A stretch of DNA of 64,000 nt, taken from Amphiscolops sp. MND2022. Its lineage: Eukaryota. The translations under genes were made by a program, and so were the position numbers. Positions 34,955 to 48,700 of this stretch are shown piece by piece (the first letter of the stretch is position 1; each line of letters begins with the position of its first letter). The DNA is taken from positions 67,086,001 through 67,150,000 of the forward strand of contig OZ076409.1 in the NCBI GenBank assembly GCA_964187785.1, read 5' to 3'. The notes beneath the pieces were generated by a model. That model was not told the origin of the DNA. It did no database searches and saw nothing but the letters and a program-made list of their open reading frames with translations.

Positions 34955-35355
34955 TGAGCTGTTAAAAAGTTGTGTGGTGGTTTCTTTTAGAAGTGTTAGT
35001 ACTGACATAAGAAGTCTAAGATTTTAACAGCGGAGTCGTCTTATCTTTTATCTTGTAGCTACCTAGTTCTGAGTACAATCTATTTCTGAGATCTCAGTTC
35101 TTGAAGTATGGGAGGAAGACCGATTGCTAGAATGAATTCTCAATTTCTCCGAGTAGATATATTCTATTAACTAGGGTAGGTTACATCAATTAACAATGTG
35201 ACAGCAACAGGATGAATCAGGGGAGTTTGATACAGGATCTATTAAATGAAGTTTCTTAGCTTCTAAATTAGATTACATTTACTAATTGCTTTGGTTAAGA
35301 GTTCAGAGTATTTCAGATTTATAGAATCTTTGAGGACATGCATCATGGCATCACA
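34955..35355 (-). repeat. 5' LTR of giant element
   Basis: TGTGATG...GCTCA in sense orientation, followed by the PBS. Confidence 0.97.
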
Positions 35356-37323
35356 CTACGCTTCAAATGTGATTAAAACTAAACTAAAACATTTGAAACG
35401 ACTAAAACATTTGAAACGAGTGAGGAAAGTTCATGATTAAGCTCAATACGGAAAAAGACTCAAATATGACGTAAAACAAGGGGCTCCATGGCTTTGCGCT
35501 ATTTCCGAGGTAAAGCAACATTACAGTGCATAGGCAAGCTATTTTGCTGCTTGTCGTAGAATCCGGGACACGAAAATTCCGCTGCTTGTCCGTGGAATGC
35601 TTGTTTGTGGAATCCGGGACTTATGACGTAATTTGCCAATTTTGCACGGTTAAAGGTATGGTCGTGGAATCCGAGATATTGAAAGCACAAAGTTGCGCTT
35701 TGAGCAATAAGGCTTGCCTGTGCACTCTAATGAAAAAAGAACTTTTAACAACCATAAACACCTCATTTGACCGAGGAAAATTCCAGAGAAAATTGAGCCA
35801 GAAATTTGACCCAATGAACTGAAAGAAACTAAAAGCTGAAACCAAGACTGCGCGTCCTCGCAACATTCGTTAGTAGATGGGTTGATTTCAAAGTGTAAGA
35901 TTTGAATGTCTTGAACTACCTGCTTCTTAGCGAAGCCGAAGTGAAAGCAAAAGAAAATTATTAAAAACCATTCAGTCATTTTTATTTTAGCAGTCGTATT
36001 TTAGCACTCCAGAACTTAAAATACCAATATAATGTTTGGTTTTCTGCGATTATATTCACATCTCCAGCAAGACGGTGGAATCCAAAGTTCCGGAAAAATG
36101 GTGTTGTTGCATTCAAAACAAGTGTAAGTACTACGACAAGTATTCAGCAGAAAAAAATAGAAAATTAAGTTTAGACTTTCGACCATCTCTTTTTATGACC
36201 AGCTCATTTTGCTTTGTGTTTTCTAATTGAACGAGTTGAATATGATTCAGGAAGGTAATAGTATATTTCCTGTTTTATATTTATCCAATTGTTTCAATTT
36301 TGACGGAACGTATTCATGTTACCAAGTATATCAAATTCTAAGATCGTGTCAGATGGCGTTAAAGTGTTTATGCAGCTATACTCCCTCTTCATCAAACGCA
36401 ACTAATAGGTTCAATAAAACTGCAACTGCTAATCAACAAAAGAAGGAGGGTCTGAGTGAGACCCGTATTACCTGGTCTGAGTGAACACTTTTCAACATTT
36501 AGTCTTAGAGAATACTTTTGAGTAAATGGATATAATTAACACCAGGATTTAATCGAAACTAAGCGTCCTCTGATTCGTCAGCTTTTCGGACTTAGGCCGG
36601 ATACGACGCATTGCCTTACTTGGCCGTACAATTATGTTAAAACAGCACCTTCAATTATATTAATACAGCATTTCGATTGGTCGAATATTTGTTTGGAACG
36701 TTTACTTCAACACGCCGAGCGAGCGGGCACTTGAACTCGTTTCCTACTCGCTGTGCATTATGTGTTGAATGTCAATGTTGAGTATTACATGCAACAAAAT
36801 AACAGCTCAATTTTTCATAATGTCTCATAAGACTTTAATGTAAAAAAAATAGTTTTTTGAGCCCTCTGATAATTTTACTTTCATGAAATTGTTTCTGGTA
36901 GTTCCCTTTGGTAGTTGGACCAACTGAAAAGATAAATTTTTGGTCCACACGCGGGTTGACGTTACATGCAATTTAAACAAAAGTTCCCATATAATGAGAA
37001 CCGCCACCTTCAGAGGCTGGAAGCAATAGAGCCACATTCGTAATTTGTATCTGCGAACGATACATTGCATGTCAGAACTCCGTTGAAATGAAAATATAGT
37101 CACTCAGATTGCTCCCAGCCACTCTTTAGTTATTAACTAACTCTTTCGATATATTGATGATTGGGAATTTTTTCCGGTTTTGTGATAGTTTCGGCGTTTT
37201 GATTGAGAAATTTCAAGTAATTTCATCAGTGTATGCGTTGAATGGCTACATTATCGTAAGTTTCTATCATAGCTCCAGGCTGACCACACTCTTGGGCTTA
37301 AGTTTACGGTTCCAGTTTGACCA

Positions 37324-40300
37324 TGTTATTCGGTTCATTCGTTGTGTGATCTTCACCGAGCTTCAGTTATTTTCTACTGTCTAGAGAACCTAAAATGTTG
37401 GTTACTAACAAACTAAAATTAGTTTACATTTTCATTTTGTAAATATTTGCGATACTGACAAAGTAAAAAAAACACGAGAAAAGAAAAATTTATTTTAACA
37501 CTCTTCTCATCCTATCTTAGTTTAGTCATAGACTAGAACATGGCGCAATCAGCCATTTTTTAAACAAACTGAACCTCTTACTACAGAAAAAAATGGCTGA
37601 GAGAAGTATAGTCCCAAGCATCGAAGCAATAGCCACAGATGGAGATTCGGTATTTACACCGAGAAAATGGCTTGAAAAATTCCGACAGTTTCGAAAACGG
37701 GAACACAAAATTAATATCGCACCTTTGCTGAAAGGAGAAAATATTGCAGACACCAATTGGAACGGGAAAGAGCAGTCCGTACAAGAAGATTGTATGTGAG
37801 GGTGGAACCAGAAGAACTTCAACAAATAACCAAGGTTGAGTACAAAACGGAACCCGGCAGTATATAAGTGAAAGATCTGATCCGGTTATTGACCGAATTC
37901 TATATGCCGAAAAAAACACTTACCACAACTCAACCGAGGAGATTTCTTCTGGGCGAAACAAACCGAAAATGAAACACCGGAGTACCTCTGGAGACGACTG
38001 ATAGCAATCGAAAAAGAGTGTATGATCTGATATCAATATATATGACCGCAATTACCGATAAAAACTACGGAATAAGTTAATGAAAAGGAAAACAATGGAA
38101 ATTGAGGAGATAATCGAACTAATAAAACAAAACTCGTTCGAGAAACAGAGAAAAGAACACAATACCGGAAACTTTGATATCAACAAAAGAAAAAAACGTA
38201 ATAAAAGAAGAACCGATGCAGAGAATGGAACAATTTGAAACAAAATCGAATATAAAAATTCGGAAACCCAACATGTTGATTCTGCAATGCTCCAAATTAC
38301 ACACCAATACATAAACGCCCCAGAAGAGAATCAACAGCAACAAATGCGGAAAGAACGGACATTACCTTAAAGCATGCAGACAGAAGTTCAACAACAACCG
38401 AACAGTGAAATGACTGACCTCAGAAACAGAAGATCGACTTGAAACATCAAGCCAATCAGATGAAAGCGTACAGCACAATAAAGAAATTCGAACGACTGAA
38501 GAAAAGAACAAACGTTACACCGCAACAGTAAAAATCAACAGCGTCAAAAATGATTTTTATAATAGATACCGGACAACCAATAACGATAATACCATCGGAC
38601 GAGAAAATAATTAAATCAACCGAAATACAGAAAACAAAAAAAAAGATATCAGGATGTGAACAAAAACGAAAAAAAATGCCGGGGAAAATACCGGTGAACA
38701 TAGAAGACGAAAACAACAAACAGAAAACGGAAATTTTAATTACGAAAGAACAGACATAACACCACTACTTGGAATGAAAACGTTCAAGTTGACAATCGGA
38801 AGAATACAATTGGTTGAAAACAACCAATCAGAACGCGAGAAAGTATCCAACATGTTTCCGGACCTTTTAGAGAACAATGGAACAATAAAAAGTATCAAAA
38901 GAAAAATTCAACTTAAGCCAGGACCCTACCCGGTAAAACAAAATGCTAGACCTGTACAATAGCATCTACAAGAAGATGTTCAACAAGAACTGGAGAGAAT
39001 ATCAAAATCCAGGCTTCTGGAAAATGTAAACGATGTGGTTGAGGATTTTTCTGTTTCTCCGGTAGTAATATCCGTAAAAAGCGATAAAATGGTAAAGATA
39101 ACACCCGACTCACGGAAATTGAATGACAGTTGTGATAAAATGAGACCACACATGCCTAATATGGAAGAAATACTAAACCATTTGTCGGTTGAAATAACCC
39201 GGGGCCGAACAGTAGAACTATTCATTTCAAAACTAGATTTAGACTACGCATACGGACAAATGAAATTATCTGACGACACTATGCCCACAAGGGAAATTCG
39301 CATTAAAAAGGGGAAACTTCAGGGGCTATTGCCGATTAAAAAAAAACATTTTACGGTCTTGCCTATTTCCCTATGATGTTCCAGAAAAGATTGACCGAAC
39401 ACTTGAATATTGCACACCGGATTGGCTAGACGATAACATCGTGATAACCGGTGGAAAAAAACAGAACCACGCTAGAAAAAGTCGGATACCGCGCAAGCAA
39501 TTTTTCATGACCGAAACAAAGTGGCTGGGACACGAATTAGATAAAAACGGAAATAAACCGATTGAAGAGAAAGTCGAAGCCAAACGGAATTTAAAACCAC
39601 CGGAGAATACAAAAGAGGTAAAATCATTTCCCGGAGCAAAACAGGAGGACCTTGTCTGGCACATTAGTCGAAAATAAAAGACTGCACGGCATGCTCGATT
39701 TTAGGTAAAAACCCTAAATATCAATTACCCAGTAATCACTACGGAAAGTTAGAAAACTAACTGAACCAGGGACGAAATGCAAATCGTTATTACCAGAAAA
39801 TTACCTAACAAAAATGTACATGGAGATGTTCAAATAATCATCGTTGTAGATTGCTTCACCGTAAAAATTTGCAAAAGAGCGGAAACAAAAGTTGTAAAAA
39901 CTTTTCTAACAAGCAACTTTAATCTATAAGGAAAACCAGAAAAGATCAAATCCGATAAAGGGGCGCCTTTATCTCAAAAGAGTACCAAGACTTTCGTAGA
40001 AAGCGAAATATAGAAAATAAAGACTGTACACACCGAGTACATACAGGAAACGGAGTGGCCGAACGAGCCATGCAACTTTGAAAAACCTATAAGTAGCAAA
40101 TATGGAAGACGGTCAAAACCTTACGCGAAGTGTAAACCGGGCATTACGAGTAATGCAATTTACCGTGCATACGGGACTCAAGAAAACTCCATTGGAACTA
40201 CCTCACGGAAAAAAAACGAGAACCGAATTAACAAATATTGTTAAGACCGGAAAACTTTCTTAACTGATTGGTCAGAATTATCCATTTCAGCACCAATCAG

Positions 40301-41419
40301 GCCTAAGATCCCAACTTATGTGGGCCGCGTGATGCGGCAGGCGAGATCACAAACCACATTGTGATGGCCAGAAACAAAACAGAGAAGAGACGCCTGGCAG
40401 AAGGACCGAAATCCCCGAAGAAAAAAATTCGCTTAGCTATCCTTTTAAATCTATGGAAAAAATCACAACAAAAAATCACTAGAAGGAAAGTTTCAAAATC
40501 AAACACAAAACCGCTGTAAGCGGAACCGGAACCACTGTTAAAACAGATACCGGAAAAATCAAAAGCCGGAAATTTATTTCGGGTACACTTTTTCAGGTGA
40601 GACGGGAGCCAGCACCAATTACCAGCAGAGAAAGACAACCGAAGAACATTCACTGCCTCCGAGGGCCGCACGGAAAGTACGGCCGCTGAGATGAGATCCT
40701 CCGAGATATACTCGGAGGAAAACTTACAATCGTACAAAATCGAAAAAAAATCCGACGGCGAGACGGAAGATGATGAAAACGATGATGGATGAAGAGAAGC
40801 CGGACGCGACCGGAACCTTAACATACAACACATCCGAACGAAACGGGAAATACGTTCCGATCCAAACGAGTTCGGAAGAAGTTGTGATACACACCGATGG
40901 AGGTAAATCTGGTGAGAATTTCGAATCTAATATTCGGCGTTGAAAACCGAAAAAGAAATAAACGAAATTGATACGGTAGCATACCCTATGCTGGCAACTT
41001 TGGGGATAAAAAGAAAATCAGTTTTTGTCGATTGCAGGTACCACGTGGAACAGAAGGAAGGGAATGCCGCAACCGGAAATGATCCAAAACCTGATAGTCT
41101 TTCTTTCAGGCGAACTGGAATTGACGCCAACGCGACAAACAATTTCTGCATCGAAGACCCTCTTCAACTAAACCAAGAAACCGAGAAAAAGAGAGAGAAG
41201 GAAATGTTATATGGTTCATCCGTTTTATGACCTTCACCGAGCTTCGGTTATATTCTACTGTCTAGAGAACCTTTACTAACAAGGTAACAATATAATTCAC
41301 ATTTAGCTATGTTCATTTTGTTTACATTCGTGATACTGATATAGTACAAAAAAACGACAATAGAAACATTTTTAACACTCTTTTTTTATATTCACTTAGG
41401 TTAGTTATAGAATCGAACA
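37324..41419 (+). mobile_element. Decayed Ty3/Gypsy element with short (~215 bp) LTRs
   Basis: LTRs 37324-37540 and 41205-41419. TSD GACCA on both sides. PBS TGGCGC at 37541; PPT AAAAAGAGAGAGAAGGAAA before 41205. Fragments of gag, protease (FIIDTG), RT (SKLDLDYAYGQ, WLDD) and integrase. Closely related to the element at 61684-64000. Confidence 0.92.
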
Positions 41420-41446
41420 GACCATACTCAAGACCAATTATGGTCC

Positions 41447-43789
41447 TGTCACAGTCCGCGCCTGGACTGGCTTGTGGCTGTCTGAGAGTTGGCTTTGATC
41501 GGTGCCACGGATACACCGCAAGGTTCGCGAAAACCTTTTTCAATTTTAAGAATATCTAACAAAAAAATTGTGACTGAAAACAAGAAAACGAATCTAACTT
41601 GCGTTAATTCTCGAATGATAACGAATACTGAAAACTAGTCAAACTATGATGACTTCACACATTTCCGCCAAGACGTTTATTCCACGACGGAAATGAGACC
41701 ATCACTTCACTTGAAATTTACATTGAACAAAAAAAATTATTCAATCGAATAATTAGGAGATTACAATAGCTAAATCTAAACAAGATGGAAATCATATGCA
41801 AATCGAAAATAGAAAAACACTAGTAAATTAAGGTTCAGAACGACTGTGCCTCGTCAAAAAAGGCTAGTTATTTGTTTTTGAAAAGCAATTAGTGTGATTT
41901 AGAACAACGATATTGAGCTAAGTAAAAAAAGATGGCGGTGAGAACGAACACCGAAGAGAATGTGACGTCACAGAGACGTAGCCAACTTTGGAAGAATGCT
42001 TGATGACATCACGGTCCCGTCTAGGCTGACGAAAAAATCATTCCAAAAATCAGCCAACACTGCGTCACCGCCTTAGCAACTAGTTACGAAATCATTCCAA
42101 ATATCCGCCAGCAATACGTCACTGCCTTGGCAGTTGGCTATGAAACCATTCTAAATACTCGTCAGCACTACGTCAAACTAGTCAGATTACTGTATTTGCC
42201 ATAAAAACTCGTCAACATGACGTTGACAAGTTTATGAAAATGATTGAATCAGGTGATATTAAGTTTAAAACTGTCTATAATTTTGAAAGCGATGATGAAT
42301 ACTTCTTGGCTCTAATCATGTATAAATGCCAGTTTCAGAGTAATAACTCAGTATACTTCAAGTCCGAAAAGTACTACTTGTGTAAGAAAAGTTAGCTAGC
42401 TTCAGGCCTGATTTTGCGTCACATCTTCGTCGACACTTGTATACTTGTATAGACAATGATTTTTCAACGAAAACCTCAAGTAAATGAAAATAAAGTAACA
42501 GCTTATTGTCTGATCTGAGATATGTGCAGGTGTTCGTAATGCTTACGACGAAATTGTTTGAATGCTAATTAACGTTGCCGGTATTAATGAACAATAAATC
42601 CAGATATTATGTTTGTACTTTTGTAATATTCGTTAATCCTATTTTTTAACCAGATTCGTATTTCAGTACCACATTTGTTTTCTTGTGAAGCTTGTTGCTA
42701 TCAAATTATACTTGTTGCCATTTTATTATTTAGTACTCCTATTTGCAGACTTTGTTGTGTCATTAATTTGCAATTTGGTCCCACAAACCAAGTACAAATT
42801 CGTGGATATTAACTGAAACCAATTATTTAAGCTCTTATTGAATTGTCGTGAATTTCTCTCCTAGCATCATTCCAAAATTGTCATTTTCGAGATTAGTCAT
42901 ATTTTCCTTCAAACTAAAATTCAAAATCAAGTATTAGTTGTTCACGTCAACGTCATGCTAGCGTCAATTTCCCCGCGAACCAAAGCAGTAAAACAGGGAA
43001 TCATTTCCGGTTCAATTGACTGAAGTAAAATCTACTCCCTGCTTGGGAGGAAACAAAAGGACGCCGAAATGAAGTGATATGTCTGATGACTAATACTATA
43101 TCAGAGGTGTCTTAAATGTGGCCGAAATGTCGACGTAAATTAAGGATCAAAATGTTTTTCTCACTAAAAATACAGGAAATGACTAATTATCAGAGGAAAA
43201 TTTCGAGACGCATTCGTGATTAAATGATGCTAGGAGGGCATAAAAATTATGCAACACGAAGTTTGTTGGACTCAGTCTTTTTGCCTTTGGTAAAACCAGT
43301 TGAATTGCTTTCGCCAATTTCGATATTATCTTCTGTTAAAAAACTTGTCGAAATTCAATTCAATATTGAAACAAAACTTTCTTTAAAGATGTCTACAACT
43401 AGAAGCCAGAAAATTAGAACCTGTTCAGCAGGAGAGCACCGATAACGTAAGTGAAGGTTTGATTTCACCAGTTTTTGAAGAAATTAAAGTTGAAGTAGAC
43501 CAGGACGTATTGTTCGCGGGCCCTTCAAGCGCAAAATTACCCATAGTCGAGAACAGTATCTTAGAGAGTTTGAGAGCTTCTTTGAAAGACGAAATACCCT
43601 CGGAAATTAAGACCTCTCTTGCAGAATTCCAAAGCGAAATTTTGAAGTTATTAAAACCTAAAACAAGTCAGGACGTTAGAGAGGAGCCTGACAATAAACC
43701 CGAAAACGAAACAAGAAACTTCTATACCCCTACCAAGTCAGTTTGGATAAATTCTACCGAAAACGATGACTCGTGTGTCAATCGTAACA
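41447..43789 (+). mobile_element. Long solo LTR (~2.3 kb) with internal ~54-bp tandem repeats
   Basis: TGTCAC...GTAACA termini. Near-TSD GGTCC/AGTCC. Three diverged ~54-bp repeats at ~42035-42180. Gag-like ORF at the 3' end. Confidence 0.7.
43389..43789 (+). pseudogene. LTR-encoded Gag N-terminal segment (MSTTRSQK...), frameshifted
   Basis: ATG at 43389. After a frameshift it continues as ...ISPVFEE...ILESLRASLKDEIPSEIKTSLAEFQSEILKLLKP (coiled coil) to the LTR end. The Gag assignment is inferred from position. Confidence 0.55.
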
Positions 43790-44414
43790 AGTCCACAGCA
43801 TGGTCAGCCTTGAACCATAAACCTTTATGGTTCAGAGCACGATCAGCCTCGAATAAACCTTTCTTTATTGTGGCAGAGCATGATCAATCTGTTTCTGTAT
43901 GGAAGATGCCTTTCAATCCTTCAACTTTTCGTATAAGACAATAAGTTGAATTAGCCATCTTGACTAGCGTACCAGTAGCTGACAACTTTGGTCAATCTTA
44001 ACTGTAGATCTAGAGCACGTTAAAAGAACTTATATGATGTTACCTTCAGGGTCTCTAGTGGATATCATCAATCCTTCAAACCACAAACAGCTCAGAATCA
44101 GCTTATACAGTGCTGGAAAAACTCAAAAACTGGTTCCCTCCAGATTTGCAAACCTGAGAAAATTTTTGAACCCACATCCTTTAGAAGTATATTCAGAAAG
44201 TCGTTCATACAGTGTTAGTTTTGTGATTTGACAAAAAGATGAAAAAATGCTAGTGGAAAAAAGTCGGGCATGTTTTTTTGCAAAACGTGTGTTCTAAAAA
44301 CGCTTCTTAGTATATTCAAAAGACGTGTCACGTTGTGAACCTTAAGCGGGGCACCGACTTGATTTGTTCCCTTAGTGTTCCGTTCAACTGAAGAGAGTGC
44401 AGCCAAGTTGCACT

Positions 44415-45730
44415 TAAGTATCAAATCGTCGAATTTTTGAACAAAAATAATCTTTCAAGTTACAGTCAGTTCGGTTTTCGCTCTCATTTTTCATCAGCAG
44501 ATGCGCTGCTTTTCGCAACAGAGACCATTCGAAAACAAATTGAAGAAAAAACATTGTAGCGGCCGCTTTCCTTGATTTACCAAAGCCGTTCGATTCAATA
44601 TCACACTGCATCCTTTTTGAAAAATTAAAGGAACTCAATTTCGAGGACAAAGCAATTTCAGTTAAAAGAACTATATCACGGGAAGAATTCAGAAAGTCAC
44701 CCTGGAATCATGTAATTCTGATTGGATCGAATTATATCAAGGTGTTCCTCAAGGCACCGCATTAGGGCCACTACTTTTCAATATTTATGTAAATAGTATG
44801 AAACAGACCATCTCCAATCAATGTAAATTGGTACAATATGCAGACGATACCATGATATTATGTTCTGATAACGATGAAAATCATGCTCTCAACAAGTTGG
44901 AAAAAGATATTGAACAACTTATACATTTTTTTGAAAACCATCGGCTGACAATCAATGCAGACAAAACAAAATTTATACTTTTTGGTAAACCATCAAAAAG
45001 CAACGATGTCAAAAGTTACAAATTGCACGTGAAAGATCAAATAATTAAACATTCGAACTCAGTCAAATATCTGGGAGTTTTCCTTGATCAGAATATCACA
45101 ATTCAAGATGAAGTAAAAAGTATTTTGCAGAAAATGAGTTGTGGTATCAAATGTCTATACTCAATACGAGATCGAGATCTTTTTCCTGAAAAAAACACGA
45201 TTGATGCTGTTAAATGCATTGGTAGTTAGTCATCTACAGTACTCGGCTATTCTTTCGACCGGAATTACCGAGAATCTTATGACCACGTTAGAGAAACAAC
45301 TTAACTGGGCTGTTAAGGCATGTTTTTTTTCGCACTAAATACGATCATTCCTCAGATCTGAAATTACAGTATAAAATCTTACCGGTACGATATTTGCTCA
45401 ACATGAACGGTACTTTGTTTTTGGAAATGGAAAAATAAAATGATCCCGGCTCTTATTGGTGAAAATGAACCATCAACCGCTCAGCTCAGATTTCTTGAAA
45501 GAACAGATATACTTGTTTATACTGGGCGCTGTGAGAGTACTTTCATGAGAAATAGCTTTTTTCAAGAAAACCGTCCCTCTATGGAACACCTTGCCGAAAA
45601 ACTTGAATACTAAATCGTACTCATATGCAACTATAAAGAACAAGACCAACCTTGTTTCCTCAAACAACTTGAACGAGAAGTGGATACACCCGAGTACGGT
45701 AAAAAAGTTGGAGGGATTATCAATTTAGAT
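44415..45730 (+). pseudogene. 5'-truncated non-LTR (LINE; CR1/L2/Jockey-group) reverse transcriptase
   Basis: QFGFR, AFLDLPKPFDSI, GVPQGTALGPLLFNIYVN, VQYADDT and VKYLGVFLD motifs across frameshifts. AATAAA at ~45962. Confidence 0.88.
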
Positions 45731-48700
45731 GAATGTTCTTTTTAAATTCGACCTCAATATTTTTAAATTGTATTTGTACACTACTTTTTTTACTGAATCT
45801 TTCATGATTTTAGTAACAAAGATCAATACAGTGTTTTTTTGCTGTGGTTGATTCAATTGTTATGCTTGTTTTTTAGCATTTAATGAAGCCTTGTTACGTT
45901 GCGTACAGGTCTACATTTTTGAGGTTCACTGTTAGAGGGCCCCAAGGCTTCAATTTTTGAAAATAAAGGTGCATGGCGTGCATTTGCTTTCCAAACTAGT
46001 ATTGTGGCCGGGGGGGGGCGGTATAATAGAAAAGACCTCTAAACTATGCCATACCTCTAAACTATGCAACATTTAAAATGGTTTATAAAAAAGGAAACTT
46101 TTTGATATTTTAAATAATGATTTAAATAACTTCAAGGATGAGTAAATATATTATGCCTCGGAAATGTTCAATTTAATAGCAAAATTTTTTCCTATTAGTT
46201 TGAGAAAAGTTCTCTCACCTTCAAAGTTTTCAAACAAATTTATCTGAAATAGAACAAAACCTCTTTTCAAATATTCAAAATTCAGTTTTTCAATGCTTGA
46301 ATGAATAGTGAGATAGTGAGATGGCAGAAATGGAATTCGTTATGTTGTGATTTTTTGGAATATTTCGCGGCTAATTTTCATTTGCCCCAAGACCACTTAA
46401 TATGTCCCAAAATATTTTATCAATATGGGATTGTTAATTTGGTGTTAACTCGTGTTAGAATAAATTTTCAGCTTTCGCCCCCTTTTCTGCATCTCCCCAA
46501 AACTTTTGTTGAGTACGAACTATTTGAAATCTCGCAGTTTGTACATTTTATAAATGACCTCCAAGAAACAACGAAGATAAAAGTTTGCTATGAAAGGGAA
46601 AAGTCTTCCAAAACTGTAACTTCCATTGTTTTTGCTAATCACAACCCATGAAAGATGTGCCTTTACGTGACCTCTAGTGACCTTAAGGTCGGGAATGAGA
46701 TTTGTTCACTTTCGATCTGGTTTTACTGGTAACCTCTGGTGTCAGTGATGATTGATTCTTCCCAGATTGGCCCTTGAGCTAAAACTCGATTCATTTGTTT
46801 ATACATTTGTTTGTAAGCCAAAATCGAATTCGTCATTTTATTGGATGGGCGATACTTCAGATTTATGACCAAAAACACAAAATTTTGGTCGAAAAGCAAA
46901 CTTTGATTCTCCAAAAAGCCTTAAGAAATCGATGACAATTCTGATTACAATTGAAGCTTTTATCCTCTTATCTTTTTCCCAAACTAATCAACAAAGTGTA
47001 TTTCCTCCTATCTGAACTTATAGATAGGAAAGAATGGCAATCTCCAACTGAAAGTCTGGTGATAAAATGACTCAATATTTGCCGTTTTTTGTAGTATTGT
47101 GATGGGGAATTAGTTGTGCCACTTGAAAGTTTTGTTTCTGAGTATTTTTCCGCGATTTGGCTCCTAACGTGAGTGACAGACATTAATAAATTGAGGCTCT
47201 TTATCTTTCGAAACTGGACAGATCAATTATAGTATTAAACACGGCCTTTGATGATGATTACAATTAATAAACAAACTTCGGAGTGGACTGAAGTTTTAAT
47301 CTCCAATTGACAGACTTCGACAATCTGGACATCTAGAGACGTTGACTCCGAGTGGTCGGTCCATCAAAGATAAAACAAGTTCTTCCGGACTATCGTCCCA
47401 ATTTCATTATAATTACATCGCTGCCTTCGATCGGTTTCTTTTGCAAGTAAGTAAGGCCCAATTCAAAATATTTTAAAATGAAAATCTCAGGTTTTATCTG
47501 TTGTTGCCCATACAAAAATTAGCCTGTATGCTACGACAGTATGCGTCTTTTGCAAAAACTGCCGATCTGACGAAAGCTTTTGCGGACACGAAATAGAGTT
47601 GAACAGTTAGGGGATATCCAAAGAATGTCGTTCAGGGAAACAATTTTTAAAGTAAAGCCCGTTTGAAGAATTTGTGGTAGGCTCGGTCATCCATCTTCCG
47701 GGGCGCTCTGCAAAATCACATTTTCGAAGAAATTTTAGTCCCGAGAAAGTCCGTTGGCATTTCAGTTCAACAATTTTCAGTTTCAAAAAAATCATTGATT
47801 CCGTCCGGTCTTGCACTAATCCGGTAGTCATGATAGCCAATTATGTCAATTAGAAAAATTTGGCACATCATTTGCTGCCAACATTATCTGAGTTAACAAT
47901 TTTTGGAATTCAACCAAAAAGCAGCTTTAACGTTCAATAAACTTCGTCTGAAAAGTTAGAAACGTTTCAACAGGTATATAAAATTGAGAGCTGAAATGTC
48001 TAAAACTAAAAAATCCTGACAAAGTCATTTAAAGAAAAAAATTTCTTTTTGCGACCAGAAATTCAATCAAAGGAGGAATTCCAAACAATGGGGCAACTTT
48101 ATTTGAATTGATAACAGGGGCTTAAAACTACGTGAAACGCTATTGAATTCCATCAAATCCAAAGTTAAAATATCGAAAACTGGGATTTTTGATGAATTTA
48201 GAAATTTGAGCATTTTAATTGTCTATTGCTACAATGTTAGGGTCAATGGAAGTTGTATTCTACGAAAATATCGTTAATTGAACAAAATTTGGTACTAGTT
48301 TGTCAAAAAACCAGCTTTTTGTCATTTTTGGGTGCTTCTGAGTCCGATGCTAACAAGAAATTGAGATTAAACACTTCGAAACACCTACTCGATATCGATA
48401 TTAGTCCTTGTTGAGTTTTTGAACGATTGCTCGCTGCGAAATTGATCAACAATTTAATTGAACAGCTGCAAAAAATATCGAAAACTTTTAAATTTTGGGT
48501 TTTTTGATTCTTTAGGGTCAATCTGAGATCTTTTTCTACCAAAACAATTGCAATTTTTCCTTGCAAAAGCATGCTGCGGACCTGGTTGTATCGTCTGGAT
48601 CTATTTGAAGCTTTCAACATATTAACGTTTTCAAATTTTAAATGAAAATCAAAAAGATCGATTGAATTTGAAAATTCATACAATTTCGATAACATTGGGG

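Larger units (their letters stand above)
17636..35355 (-). mobile_element. Giant (17,720 bp) env-bearing Ty3/Gypsy LTR retroelement with multiple accessory ORFs
   Basis: Paired 401-bp LTRs with TG...CA termini. 4-bp TSD CTAC (17632-17635, 35356-35359). PBS after the 5' LTR. Order gag-PR-RT-RH-IN, then extra ORFs including a glycoprotein. All ORFs on the minus strand. Confidence 0.97.

Noticed and set aside
35499..35979. 109-aa ORF with signal-peptide-like start and SRIP repeats
   Set aside because: The peptide repeats come from a recurring GTGGAATCC(G) DNA motif, more likely subterminal repeats of a decayed transposon. No homology recognised.
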